The notes under the pieces were generated by a model. The model made no database searches and was not told where the DNA came from. It saw only the letters and a program-made list of their open reading frames with translations. 64,000 nt of DNA from Oscillospiraceae bacterium (GTDB lineage Bacteria; Bacillota; Clostridia; Oscillospirales; CAG-272), in contig SVSK01000002.1 of assembly GCA_015064345.1 (NCBI GenBank), positions 82 to 64,081 of the forward strand, given 5' to 3'. Positions 51,328 to 60,942 of this stretch are shown here, in pieces (the first letter of the stretch is position 1; each line of letters starts with the position of its first letter). The position numbers and the translations under genes are program-made.

Positions 51328-53733
51328 TCATGAGAATATTTCTCTGTTTATCTGTTCAGCATATCTGACCGCCGCCATTGCGTCACGGGCGTACATATCC
51401 GCACCGATCTGATCGGCGTATTCCTGAGTCAGCACAGCACCGCCAACGATGATCTTGCACCAAGGTGCCGATTCACGCAGAAGCCCTATAGTCTCCTCCA
51501 TTGCGGGAACTGTGGTGGTCATAAGAGCTGAGAGTCCAACTATTGGAGCATGGAGTCTGACCACCGTCTCTGCTACCGTCTCGGGAGAAACGTCACGGCC
51601 GAGATCGGTCACTCTGAAGCCGTAATTTTCGAGGATCAGCTTCACTATGTTCTTGCCGATATCGTGTATATCACCCTTTACTGTGGCAATAACAAAGTGG
51701 CATTTGTCCGCAGCGCTTCCGCTTTGCATTTTTGCCTTGATCTGCTCAAACGCCGCTTTTGCCGCCTCTGCGCTCATGAGAAGCTGGGGAAGATACACAG
51801 TTTTGTTTTCAAATCCCACACCCACCGTGTCAAGTGCGGGAATGATCTCGTTCTGCACTACTGACAGCGGCTCATGTGACTCTATCATCTCCGCTGTTAT
51901 CTGCGCCGCGCGGTCGAGAAGTCCTTTGATTATCGCTTTCTGAAGCTCTGAGCCAAACTCCTCGGCAGACGTGCCTGTCTTTTCGGGCGCGGCGGCAGTC
52001 ACAGTCTGAACGGATGAAGCAAAGTCAATATATCCAGCGCAGTTGTCGTCAAGTCCGCTAAGTGCGCAATATGTGCGGTATGCCTTCATCATTTCAGCGG
52101 AATAAGGATTCATTATTGCAGCCGAGAGTCCGTTTTCCATAGCAAGAGCGAAGAACGTGCCGTTTATCATATCTCTGCCTGGCAAGCCGAAGGACACGTT
52201 TGACACTCCGAGAGAGGTGTGGCAGCCAAGCTCTTCTTTTATCATTCTGACCGCGCGGAGAGTCTCTCTTGCGGCGTTTTTGTCGGCACTGACAGTCATT
52301 GCAAGAGGGTCGAATATGATGTCTTTTTTCTTTATACCGTATTTTTCTGCCTCATCAAGAATACGTCGTGCTATCTCCACCCTGCCCTCTGCGGTTGTGG
52401 GAATACCGTTTTCATCAAGTGTAAGCGCAACCACAACACCGCCGTACTTTTTCGCAAGGGGAAATACTGACTCCATACTCTCCGCCTTACCGTTTACGGA
52501 ATTTATCATCGCCTTGCCGTTATACCGTCTGAGTGCGGCTTCCATGGCGTCCGTGTCAGACGTATCTATCTGAAGAGGAAGGTCAATAATCGCCTGAAGA
52601 GCACACACAGCGTCTGTGAGCATCTTTTTTTCGTTAATCTCGGGAAGTCCAACATTTACGTCAAGTATCTGTGCGCCCTTCTCCTGCTGTGTAAGACCTT
52701 CGTTAAGGATATAGTTCATGTCAGCGGCTCGGAGTGCTTCCTTGAAACGCTTTTTGCCCGTGGGGTTGATGCGCTCACCAATAAGAGTGGGAATCTCGCC
52801 AAAGGTTACAGCATGGGTATATGATGAAACTATCGTAAAGTCCTTTTCAGTTATATCTGCAGGCTTTATTCCGGATGTTTTCTCAGTCAGCGCAGAGATA
52901 TATTCGGGAGTTGTTCCGCAACATCCTCCGACAACGCGCACGCCCTCTGAAATAAGAGAAGCAACCTCCTCCGCAAACTCATCGGGAAGCACGTCATACA
53001 CAGTATTGCCATCAATAACACGAGGCAGTCCTGCATTCGGCTTAAGGAGCACGGGGACGGAAGCACACTCAAGATATTCGCGCACCACACCCGATAGCGC
53101 TTTCGGGCCGAGAGAGCAGTTGACACCGATAGCGTCAGCGCCCATTCCCTCAAGAAGCGCCACCATTGCCGCAGGAGACGCACCCGTCATCAGCTTTCCG
53201 TCATCACTGTATGCATTAGAAACAAACACAGGAAGCGTACTGTTTTCACGAGCGGCAAGAAGAGCGGCTTTTGTTTCATAGCTGTCGTTCATTGTCTCGA
53301 TGAGGATGAGATCAACGCCGTACTTCACGCCAATCTTTACAGTTTCGGCAAAAAGAGCCACCGCATCCTCGAAGTCGAAGTCTCCGTAGGGTGCGAGCAT
53401 TCTTCCGCTGGGGCCAATATCAAGTGCAACCCACTTTTCTTGCTTACCGATGCTCTCCTCTGCTGCCCGTCTTGCGTTAGCCACGGATGCGGAAATGATC
53501 TTTTCAAGCTCATCGTGAGAAAACTTCAGAAGATTTGCACCAAAGGTATTGGTGGAGACTACATTGCTACCCGCGTCGTAGTAGCTCTTGTGGATGGCGG
53601 TTATCTTCTCGGGATGGGTAATGTTCCATCTTTCGGGAAGCTCACCGGGCATAAGTTCCTGCTTTTGCAGAAGCGTTCCCATTCCGCCGTCCAGGTATAT
53701 TATATTGTCCTTTAGATATTCTTTAATCAGCAT
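51328..53733 (-). CDS. metH: Methionine synthase core (Hcy methyltransferase + pterin-binding + cobalamin-binding domains; no reactivation domain)
   Basis: LDGGMGT and GGCCGT (Hcy domain). B12 motif GDIHDIGKN. The protein ends right after the Rossmann-like B12 domain (801 aa). Confidence 0.85.
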   Translation of the reverse strand: MLIKEYLKDNIIYLDGGMGTLLQKQELMPGELPERWNITHPEKITAIHKSYYDAGSNVVSTNTFGANLLKFSHDELEKIISASVANARRAAEESIGKQEKWVALDIGPSGRMLAPYGDFDFEDAVALFAETVKIGVKYGVDLILIETMNDSYETKAALLAARENSTLPVFVSNAYSDDGKLMTGASPAAMVALLEGMGADAIGVNCSLGPKALSGVVREYLECASVPVLLKPNAGLPRVIDGNTVYDVLPDEFAEEVASLISEGVRVVGGCCGTTPEYISALTEKTSGIKPADITEKDFTIVSSYTHAVTFGEIPTLIGERINPTGKKRFKEALRAADMNYILNEGLTQQEKGAQILDVNVGLPEINEKKMLTDAVCALQAIIDLPLQIDTSDTDAMEAALRRYNGKAMINSVNGKAESMESVFPLAKKYGGVVVALTLDENGIPTTAEGRVEIARRILDEAEKYGIKKKDIIFDPLAMTVSADKNAARETLRAVRMIKEELGCHTSLGVSNVSFGLPGRDMINGTFFALAMENGLSAAIMNPYSAEMMKAYRTYCALSGLDDNCAGYIDFASSVQTVTAAAPEKTGTSAEEFGSELQKAIIKGLLDRAAQITAEMIESHEPLSVVQNEIIPALDTVGVGFENKTVYLPQLLMSAEAAKAAFEQIKAKMQSGSAADKCHFVIATVKGDIHDIGKNIVKLILENYGFRVTDLGRDVSPETVAETVVRLHAPIVGLSALMTTTVPAMEETIGLLRESAPWCKIIVGGAVLTQEYADQIGADMYARDAMAAVRYAEQINREIFS

Positions 53734-53786
53734 TTGCTACTCCCATTTCCGTCTCTGCTCTAATATTGACGGATAATGTTATTTTC

Positions 53787-54383
53787 TTATTCCGATTTTA
53801 TGCCGATTATGGCTGTAACCGACTTTGTGGGCGACATTAAGAGGCTCTCGTTGAGTGACAGACCAATTTTCTTCGGGCAGTCAAGCACACGGAAGATTTC
53901 AGACTGAAACTCCAGCGGCAGATCTCCATATCCCGGGCTGAATCTGGGCATCAGCGTGTACCCTGCGTATAGTGATGAGGCGATATCCTCAGTAAAGCTG
54001 TCACACAGTGCCTCGATCCGCTCCGCTCCGAATGCCTGAAGCATCAGTGCACGGGAGGGCGACCTTACTCCATATCGAGCTATCAATCTGTCCATACCCA
54101 CACCAACAGTTGCGGCAAAGAGGATCACTTTCTCGCATCCCGCAAGATTTTTTGACAGGTCACTTGAGCGAACGCGGGCAAATCCAAAGTCAACCATTCC
54201 TTCAGAGATGGTAACAGGAAACTCACCGTAGCACACTTTGTATGTAAGCGTACTGCTCGCTTCCTCTACTGCTTCACTCATCAGAGCCACTATTTCTTCA
54301 GTGGGTGTCTTTACCCCCGCGTACCGCATTATCTCCCGCTTGTTTATCTCGGGAGCAACGTAAGTTTTCGTATATATCATCAT
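53787..54383 (-). CDS. Stand-alone methionine synthase reactivation (AdoMet-binding) domain protein
   Basis: 198 aa. ..MPRFSPGYGDLPLEFQ.. and ..LMSPTKSVTAIIG.. resemble the MetH activation module. ATGATGA overlap with the metF stop. Confidence 0.6.
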   Translation of the reverse strand: MMIYTKTYVAPEINKREIMRYAGVKTPTEEIVALMSEAVEEASSTLTYKVCYGEFPVTISEGMVDFGFARVRSSDLSKNLAGCEKVILFAATVGVGMDRLIARYGVRSPSRALMLQAFGAERIEALCDSFTEDIASSLYAGYTLMPRFSPGYGDLPLEFQSEIFRVLDCPKKIGLSLNESLLMSPTKSVTAIIGIKSE

Positions 54384-55255
54384 CCAAGTATATCAGACAG
54401 GTTCGCCTGTATCTTTTCTGCCACGTCAGGCTTGTTCATTGAATAGACGTGGACGTTCTTTATTCCGTTGGCGTACAGGTCAATGATCTGGTCAGTTGCA
54501 TACGCGATGCCTGCCTGCTTCATTGCCGCGGGAGATGATCCGAACTTATCCACAAGGCTCTTGAATCGCTGCGGCATGAATGAGCCCGACAGCTTTATCG
54601 CGCGCTCCACCTGGTTTCCGTTGGTGATAGGCATAATACCCGGGATTATCGGAACGGTTATTCCCGCCTCGCGGATCTTATAGAGGAAGTTGTATAAGAG
54701 GTTATTATCGAAAAACATCTGCGTTGTAAGGAATGAGCATCCCGCGTCAACCTTTTCCTTTAGGTATTTGATATCCTCCGCTTGGTTTGTGCTCTCGGGA
54801 TGTATCTCGGGATAACACGCGCCGCCAATGCAGAAGTCCGCTCCGCTTGACTTTATGTCGTGGATGAGGTCAATCGCATGCTTGTAATGCCAGCCGCTTC
54901 TGTCAGTATTCTCAAGCTCGGGCGTAAGGTCCCCTCGGAGTGCCATTACGTTCTGTATTCCCGCTGCCTTCATGTCCTCTATTCTCTCGCGAACAGTCTC
55001 ACGAGTAGAGGAGACACATGTGAGGTGTGCAAGTGTGGGAACACCATACTGCTCCTTAATGTTGCGTGCGATATCAAGAGTGTATCTGCTTGTACCGCCG
55101 CCTGCACCGTACGTTACGCTCATAAATGCCGGGCGCAGCTTTGCAATCTCTTCGGTTGCCGTCTTTACGCTGTCAAAAGCAGTATCTGTTTTCGGAGGAA
55201 ACACCTCAAAAGAGATAGACAGCTTGTTTTCCTTGAATAATTCTGATAATTTCAT
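54380..55255 (-). CDS. metF: Methylenetetrahydrofolate reductase
   Basis: ..SFEVFPPKT.., ..MSVTYGAGGGT.., ..GIQNVMALRGD... 291 aa. Confidence 0.9.
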   Translation of the reverse strand: MKLSELFKENKLSISFEVFPPKTDTAFDSVKTATEEIAKLRPAFMSVTYGAGGGTSRYTLDIARNIKEQYGVPTLAHLTCVSSTRETVRERIEDMKAAGIQNVMALRGDLTPELENTDRSGWHYKHAIDLIHDIKSSGADFCIGGACYPEIHPESTNQAEDIKYLKEKVDAGCSFLTTQMFFDNNLLYNFLYKIREAGITVPIIPGIMPITNGNQVERAIKLSGSFMPQRFKSLVDKFGSSPAAMKQAGIAYATDQIIDLYANGIKNVHVYSMNKPDVAEKIQANLSDILG

Positions 55256-55290
55256 TTATGCGCCCTCGGGTATATATATTTTTACGAATA

Positions 55291-55319
55291 TATTATACTC
55301 CAAGGGCTTTTGTAAATCA
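55291..55319 (-). promoter_or_regulatory. Promoter of metF-(activation domain)-metH
   Basis: Minus strand TTGATT (55314-55319), 17-nt spacer, TATAAT (55291-55296). The leader is only about 30 nt. Confidence 0.5.
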
Positions 55320-55329
55320 ATAGAAAAGC

Positions 55330-55374
55330 AGAAAAATAAAAGAAATCGGCCTGCTGACTCACATCAACAGACCG
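55330..55374 (-). terminator. Terminator after the CvpA-like gene
   Basis: CGGCCTGCTGA (55347-55357) pairs with TCAACAGACCG (55364-55374). On the minus strand it is followed by a T-rich run. Confidence 0.65.
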
Positions 55375-55387
55375 AAATTTGGTTTTG

Positions 55388-56110
55388 TTATTTTTTTACC
55401 GCACTGAGTAGCTCCACAAGTGAGAAATCTCTGAAAAACTTGAAGATGTACGAGCTCTCCGCTATCTCCGACAGCACAGCATTATATTCGCCGAGGAGAC
55501 TGTAGTCAATAAATGCACCGATGGCAATACAAATGACCCATGACCACACAAACGCGCTGACGATTCCCATGAAAAAGCCGAGAACAGAGCTTGCCTGCTT
55601 CAGTACGGGAAGCTTGATTATCAGCTGAATGAGCCATTTAGCAATAAGCAATGCTATAAGTGCTGCAATAAACACCGCTACACAGCCGAGCGCACTTGCA
55701 ATAAAGCGGCTCACCGGGACTGCAAGATTTTCTGCCATTTCGTGTAGCATTCCGTCGCTGATAACGGTCATCTCGCCAAAGGATTCCATAAGAGCCTCGG
55801 CATCCGCTCCTACTCTTTCAAGTACATCGGCAAAGGACTCGGGAAGATTAGAGAAAAGGTCAGCAACGGTAATCGTCTCGCTTGTTTCTCCGACCACCGA
55901 TGAGAGAAAATCGTATATCACATCATGCGCCTTCTCGGTCACCATGTCGGTCATGAAATATTCGCCTACGTCAGGTCCGAAAAAGTATGCCGCGGCAAAT
56001 GCTCCCGCAGTAACGAGTATGCCGAGAATCGTCTTACAGCCTTTTTTCGTGTTTGCTATGATAACCAGCAGTACAAAAAACACCATTATCAAGTCCATCA
56101 GCCAGCCCAT
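55388..56110 (-). CDS. CvpA-family membrane protein (tentative)
   Basis: N-terminal TM pair with ..LLVIIANTKKGCKTILGILV.. as in CvpA-like proteins, plus two C-terminal TM. No stronger motif. Confidence 0.4.
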   Translation of the reverse strand: MGWLMDLIMVFFVLLVIIANTKKGCKTILGILVTAGAFAAAYFFGPDVGEYFMTDMVTEKAHDVIYDFLSSVVGETSETITVADLFSNLPESFADVLERVGADAEALMESFGEMTVISDGMLHEMAENLAVPVSRFIASALGCVAVFIAALIALLIAKWLIQLIIKLPVLKQASSVLGFFMGIVSAFVWSWVICIAIGAFIDYSLLGEYNAVLSEIAESSYIFKFFRDFSLVELLSAVKK

Positions 56111-56165
56111 AATTCCTCCATATGTGTTAGCTCTTGTGTCGAGTATATGCCCGACTGAGAGTATA

Positions 56166-57179
56166 TTATTCGTATTCCTTAAGGATCTCGCGAAGCAGTA
56201 CGGGGTCGTCAGTCATAATGCAGTCTACACCCATCTCAATAAGATAACGCATATCATCAGCGTCGTTGATCGTCCAATACTGGACTGCGATATTTCTTCT
56301 GTGTGCACGTTTTGTTATAGTTTTCTTGTCAAGGGGGATCTCAATGCCAATATCGTATGACATAGGGATCTGCAGGCACGCAAAGTCACCGTTGTCAAAA
56401 ATATTGAGGCCGAGGTACTGTGTAAGCACAAACTTAGCGGCAGTACCCACAGGTGCACCGCGAAGGAGATCGGGGTAGTTTTTCTTGAGCTCTTCCTCAA
56501 TTTCATCGTTAAAAGTACCGATTACTATCTGATCCTTGTATTCGGGATACATGTCAAGAGTCTCAGAGAGTATTCTGCAAGCCTCGATTCCGCGCTCGCC
56601 GCCGTCCTTGATCTCAACGATAAACATGAGACCCGGATGTGTCTCATAGAACATCTCAAAAAGCTGGTCTACCGTAGAGATCTGCAGTCCTGCGTTCTCA
56701 ATATCCTCTACGTCCTTGTAGATTCGCTCGCCCGTCTTATCTGTGAAGTAATATCCAAAGTTATACTGCTGAAGCTCCGCAAGAGTCATATTCTCGATAT
56801 AGTGGCGGTTTTCGCTGTTCTCGCAAATAGCCTTAACCTCATCGAGAGAAATATCACCGTTCACGTTGCAAGTCTCATCGATGTAATCGTCATGATTGTA
56901 CACGAGATAACCGTCCTTTGTCAGGTAGAGGTCACTCTCGATAATGTCAACACCGATAGTAAGCACTGCCTCACGGAATGCAAGAAGCGTATTTTCGGGA
57001 TTATTTGTGCTTCCCCCGCGATGTGCCGCTATCATGGGAAGATTCCCCTCGCCTACCACAAAGGGGTTGTTCTCAACGTTCTTCTTCGGCGGGATGATGT
57101 TGATCACCGCGAAAAACAAAATAATTACGGCAAGAATGATCCCTGCAATTTTCAGACCTCTGCGTTTTTTAGTTTTCAT
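56166..57179 (-). CDS. Glycerophosphodiester phosphodiesterase-family protein, membrane-anchored
   Basis: Signal anchor. Catalytic block MIAAHRGGSTNNPENTLLAF. ATG 57179 lies 9 nt after AAGGAA; track start 57233. Confidence 0.75.
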   Translation of the reverse strand: MKTKKRRGLKIAGIILAVIILFFAVINIIPPKKNVENNPFVVGEGNLPMIAAHRGGSTNNPENTLLAFREAVLTIGVDIIESDLYLTKDGYLVYNHDDYIDETCNVNGDISLDEVKAICENSENRHYIENMTLAELQQYNFGYYFTDKTGERIYKDVEDIENAGLQISTVDQLFEMFYETHPGLMFIVEIKDGGERGIEACRILSETLDMYPEYKDQIVIGTFNDEIEEELKKNYPDLLRGAPVGTAAKFVLTQYLGLNIFDNGDFACLQIPMSYDIGIEIPLDKKTITKRAHRRNIAVQYWTINDADDMRYLIEMGVDCIMTDDPVLLREILKEYE

Positions 57180-57374
57180 AGTAAAATTCCTTATGTTGAT
57201 TTGTTTTATAATTGATGTAATATTATACCACAACGAGCACGGAAAATCAAGTATTACATTCGCCCTGCATCAAAGGGGGGGAGTATTTTTCATCAAGCAA
57301 AAAAACAGAAAAGTGTGGCATTTTTTATCGGCTTATGCTATAATGTTTCAGAGTATATCATGGGGGATCTTTTT

Positions 57375-58865
57375 ATGGAGATGAAAAAAACTGATATAAA
57401 CCTCGTACCCGATACGGCAAACCTCACGCCCGACTATTACTGTACGTGGCAGACACAGCTTTACACATCCTGCGACGGAAAGCCACCGAAGCAGAGACGT
57501 GAGATAGTTGAAAGCTCGCTGTTTGGGAACGAAAAGCCTTACGGATGGGCACATTTCTACCCCGATGCACGTCGAGACTTGTTCATCGTAATGGATGACA
57601 GCTGGGATGTACCCCTTGACGGAAACGGTGATCTCTACGGGTCCCTTATTCTTAGCCCCGAAAGATTCCCCGAAGCTACAAGCGGAGACGTAAGCAACGC
57701 AGAGGCGCTGAAAAATCTGACTGACCGCATCAAGTCTCTCGGTTGGAAAGGACTTGGCGGCTGGGTATGCTGTCAGGAATCAAAGGCGATGTTCCATGAC
57801 ATGACCCGTGAAGAGTACTGGGAAACACGCTTGAAGGATGCTGACGAATCAGGCTTCTCTTACTGGAAAGTAGACTGGGGTGCTATGGGATACAGTGAGG
57901 ACTTCCGCAGAATGCTGACCGACATGGGTCACAAGCTTGCCCCGAATCTTGTTATCGAGCACGCAATGGTAAAGGATATCATTGCCCATTCTGATACTTT
58001 TAGAACATACGATGTGCCCGGAATCATGTCTATCCCTATGACCATGCACAAGCTTTACGAGCTCGCAGGCATTAAAAAGACAGAAAACGGTTACAAGGGA
58101 CTTATCAACTGCGAGGACGAGGTTTACATAGGCGCGGCAGGCGGATATGCATTCGGTGTTATGCGCCATCCTAATGCGGGAAGCTTCACTGATGGCAGAC
58201 CTGACCCATCATTCCCCGCTCTTCACAGAAACATTAAGACAAAGATAACAGAAATCACCCGCGCTGCCCGTTGGCACAGAATTGCCCCTGCGTTCGGAGC
58301 TGACGGCACTCCTGTAAACGTTGACGAAAACAAGCTTGCCGACTCATGGCTGTTTATTGACCGCGAGGCGGAAATGGAAGGTTGGTGGTACAACGAGGAT
58401 CAGTTAAAGGACAACTTTGAGGGAGATCTTCTCACAAAGACCGCAACAGCACGTATCTCCCGCGGGTGTTCTCTCCCCGAAGTAATGCCCGACACAAATG
58501 GCAACGTTCCCTTTATCGTTGCGGCAAAAAATCCGACCGGAGCTTTCTCAATCGTAACAGCCGGCAGAACTATGGGCAGAGACTACTTCATCCCGAAGTG
58601 TGATATTTCAGCAGAAATCGGAAACTGTGACACTATCGGTGTATTCGGCGAGTACGGCATGCTTACACTTTCCACCTCATTTGACAAGATATGCCGCGTA
58701 CTGATGCAGGACCTTGCCGATGACTGTGCTTACGACATAACAGAACTCGTTTCATTTAGTGCGGGGAAAGTTACACTTCCCGGAGAGCTGATACACGATA
58801 TCGGTACAACAGCTCAGCCTGAGGACGACACATCCGAGCCCGGCGTTGTGATCAGAATAGAGTAA
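57375..58865 (+). CDS. Hypothetical cytoplasmic protein with clan GH-D-like glycosidase motifs
   Basis: ..YYCTWQTQ.., ..FIVMDDSWD.., ..FSYWKVDWG.. echo the W..W / DDGW / K.D blocks of alpha-galactosidase-like enzymes. TGcTATAAT at 57336-57344 lies inside the track ORF, so ATG 57375 is preferred. Confidence 0.4.
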   Translation: MEMKKTDINLVPDTANLTPDYYCTWQTQLYTSCDGKPPKQRREIVESSLFGNEKPYGWAHFYPDARRDLFIVMDDSWDVPLDGNGDLYGSLILSPERFPEATSGDVSNAEALKNLTDRIKSLGWKGLGGWVCCQESKAMFHDMTREEYWETRLKDADESGFSYWKVDWGAMGYSEDFRRMLTDMGHKLAPNLVIEHAMVKDIIAHSDTFRTYDVPGIMSIPMTMHKLYELAGIKKTENGYKGLINCEDEVYIGAAGGYAFGVMRHPNAGSFTDGRPDPSFPALHRNIKTKITEITRAARWHRIAPAFGADGTPVNVDENKLADSWLFIDREAEMEGWWYNEDQLKDNFEGDLLTKTATARISRGCSLPEVMPDTNGNVPFIVAAKNPTGAFSIVTAGRTMGRDYFIPKCDISAEIGNCDTIGVFGEYGMLTLSTSFDKICRVLMQDLADDCAYDITELVSFSAGKVTLPGELIHDIGTTAQPEDDTSEPGVVIRIE

Positions 58866-58907
58866 AATGTAAAAATAACGAGTCAACACTAAAATAATAT
58901 AAAAAAT

Positions 58908-58938
58908 GATCTCCGACAGTTTCTATCGGAGATTTTTT
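58908..58938 (+). terminator. Terminator upstream of sigG
   Basis: ATCTCCGA (58908-58915) pairs with TCGGAGAT (58925-58932), followed by T6. Confidence 0.7.
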
Positions 58939-58989
58939 GTTTGGTGTAAAAGAGCAAAGTATCTTCAAATAACTGCCAAAGTAAATAAT

Positions 58990-59019
58990 GCATAACGGAC
59001 CTTTCCATGCGGCAATAAT
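58990..59019 (+). promoter_or_regulatory. Candidate forespore (SigF/SigG-type) promoter of sigG
   Basis: GCATA (58990-58994), 16 nt, GGCAATAAT (59011-59019). Resembles my recollection of the GYATA..GGnnAnAnT forespore consensus. No sigma-A consensus is present. Confidence 0.4.
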
Positions 59020-59052
59020 GTTACCAGCAAAAACGCATGAGAAAGGTCCAAA

Positions 59053-59826
59053 ATGTACTATAACAAAGTTGAAATATGCGGTGTAAATACCTCAGAGCTT
59101 AAGTCGCTTACTTCAGCAGAGAAAAAAGACCTTTTGAGACGAACAAAAAACGGAGACATGGCGGCACGGGAGGAGCTGATAGACGGAAATCTGCGTCTCG
59201 TGCTCAGTATCATACAGCGGTTTACAAACAGACGTGAAAATCTTGACGACTTATTTCAGGTGGGGTGTATAGGTCTTATCAAGGCGGTGGACAACTTCAA
59301 CACGGAGCTTGATGTAGAGCTGTCAACATATGCCGTTCCCATGATAATCGGTGAGATTCGGCGGTATCTTCGAGACAACAACACAATCCGCGTCAGTCGC
59401 TCGGTAAGAGACCTGGCATATCGCGCACTCGCGGCAAAGGAAAAGCTCTCGGCGGCAAGTGACTGCGAGCCTACGGTAGAGGCTATCGCAAAGGAGATCG
59501 GAGAGAAGGTGTCGGACGTTACCCACGCACTTGAGGCAATAATTGAGCCCGTTTCCCTTTATGAGACTGTGTTTAACGATGGCGGCGACTCAATTTACGT
59601 CATTGACCAGATCAGCGATACAAGTGCGGGGGATGATCAGTGGCTAGAAAACATTGCCCTCAGCGAAGCCATAAAAAAGCTTGGCGAAAAGGAGCGCACT
59701 ATTATCTCGCGCAGATTCTACGGTGGCAAGACTCAAATGGAAATTGCCGAGGAGATCGGGATATCCCAAGCACAAGTCTCAAGACTCGAAAAAGATGCAT
59801 TTGAGAGGATAAGAAAAAATCTATAA
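59053..59826 (+). CDS. sigG: Sporulation sigma factor SigG
   Basis: NKVEICGVNTSEL.., GNLRLVLSIIQRF, DDLFQVGCIGLIKAVDNF, STYAVPMIIGEIRRYLRDNNTIRVSRS. Near-collinear with my recollection of B. subtilis SigG. Confidence 0.85.
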   Translation: MYYNKVEICGVNTSELKSLTSAEKKDLLRRTKNGDMAAREELIDGNLRLVLSIIQRFTNRRENLDDLFQVGCIGLIKAVDNFNTELDVELSTYAVPMIIGEIRRYLRDNNTIRVSRSVRDLAYRALAAKEKLSAASDCEPTVEAIAKEIGEKVSDVTHALEAIIEPVSLYETVFNDGGDSIYVIDQISDTSAGDDQWLENIALSEAIKKLGEKERTIISRRFYGGKTQMEIAEEIGISQAQVSRLEKDAFERIRKNL

Positions 59827-59831
59827 CAAAA

Positions 59832-59860
59832 GACCGCTTGTCTTTGTCTGACAGGCGGTC
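59832..59860. terminator. Bidirectional terminator between sigG and the convergent membrane-protein gene
   Basis: GACCGCTTGTC (59832-59842) pairs with GACAGGCGGTC (59850-59860), one G-U. Confidence 0.6.
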
Positions 59861-59866
59861 AATATT

Positions 59867-60922
59867 TTATTCAGCTTCTGTTTTATTTGCGTTGATCTTC
59901 TCGTAATACGGGTCGATCATTATTTCCTTGATTTTCGGGAATGCGGCGTAAACACCCATTGCCATAAGTATACCGGGCAAAATCACAAAGGGCACGATCA
60001 TACCGAGGGGCAGGTATGCTGCAAAAAGGAATATCTCAATTCCCATCACGATCACAGTACCGAGCAGGAGCATCAGATTGCGCTTTATTCCAAGCACCGT
60101 GAACAGGAGTGCGTTTTTGAACATCTTGAAGATGGACATATCGAATGTCACGATCATCAAGTAAATGTAGTGACGCATGAAGAAATACAGCATTCCAAGG
60201 CACAGGGTCATAAAGAACATTATGCTCATCATCATACTTGCGTTGTAGTTGAGGTTGAAGAATACGATGTCGTAAACAAGCACGGCGAATATCACAACGT
60301 CCATGACTCCGTAAACGATTGCCTGGCGGAGATTTCGGCGGATCGCGTACCAGAAGTCGTGCCACATGAACACAGGCTCACCGCGGAACAGATTGCGAAG
60401 GATGTATGTAAGACCAAGTCTCACCGGGCCGAACGTGAATATCACAAGTGCGCCAAGTCCGAGAAGGATCCAGTCGACTGTTGTAAGAATCGTTACCTCC
60501 TGCTGACGGGAGAAAATTGACCACAGCGCTGCAAGTGCGGGTGAATCCGGGTTAAACATCATCGCGCCTCTGAGGGGAGCAAATACTGTATAGCTGGGTG
60601 CGAGAGTGTGCTCGGAAAAGTATTCCGTCATTCTGAGAAGCAGAAAGAATATCGGGAAGTTGCCAAGTATCATGAAAATGTTGACTGACACGATCTTGTT
60701 GAACTTTCGTCCGATGAACTTAAAGAAGTTTTTCAGATTCGGGTTGTCCGCTATCTGCTCTTCATCTTTGTCGACTCCGGCACCGTCCTTATACATTCTT
60801 GAGAATATATTGAACTTCTCTTTCTTTTCTTTTTTATTCTGTTCTCTTTTTTCCTGCTCCTCAAGCTCCTCTATTTCATCAAGAGAGAGGCCCTCGTAGC
60901 TGTTACGATCATTTTGTGACAT
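59867..60922 (-). CDS. Polytopic membrane protein, possibly YesL/DUF624 family, with Lys/Glu-rich N terminus
   Basis: N-terminal EELEEQEKREQNKKEKKEK followed by 6 or more hydrophobic spans. Family assignment is from general resemblance only. Confidence 0.35.
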   Translation of the reverse strand: MSQNDRNSYEGLSLDEIEELEEQEKREQNKKEKKEKFNIFSRMYKDGAGVDKDEEQIADNPNLKNFFKFIGRKFNKIVSVNIFMILGNFPIFFLLLRMTEYFSEHTLAPSYTVFAPLRGAMMFNPDSPALAALWSIFSRQQEVTILTTVDWILLGLGALVIFTFGPVRLGLTYILRNLFRGEPVFMWHDFWYAIRRNLRQAIVYGVMDVVIFAVLVYDIVFFNLNYNASMMMSIMFFMTLCLGMLYFFMRHYIYLMIVTFDMSIFKMFKNALLFTVLGIKRNLMLLLGTVIVMGIEIFLFAAYLPLGMIVPFVILPGILMAMGVYAAFPKIKEIMIDPYYEKINANKTEAE

Positions 60923-60942
60923 CTTTTTTCCATCCGATCAAG

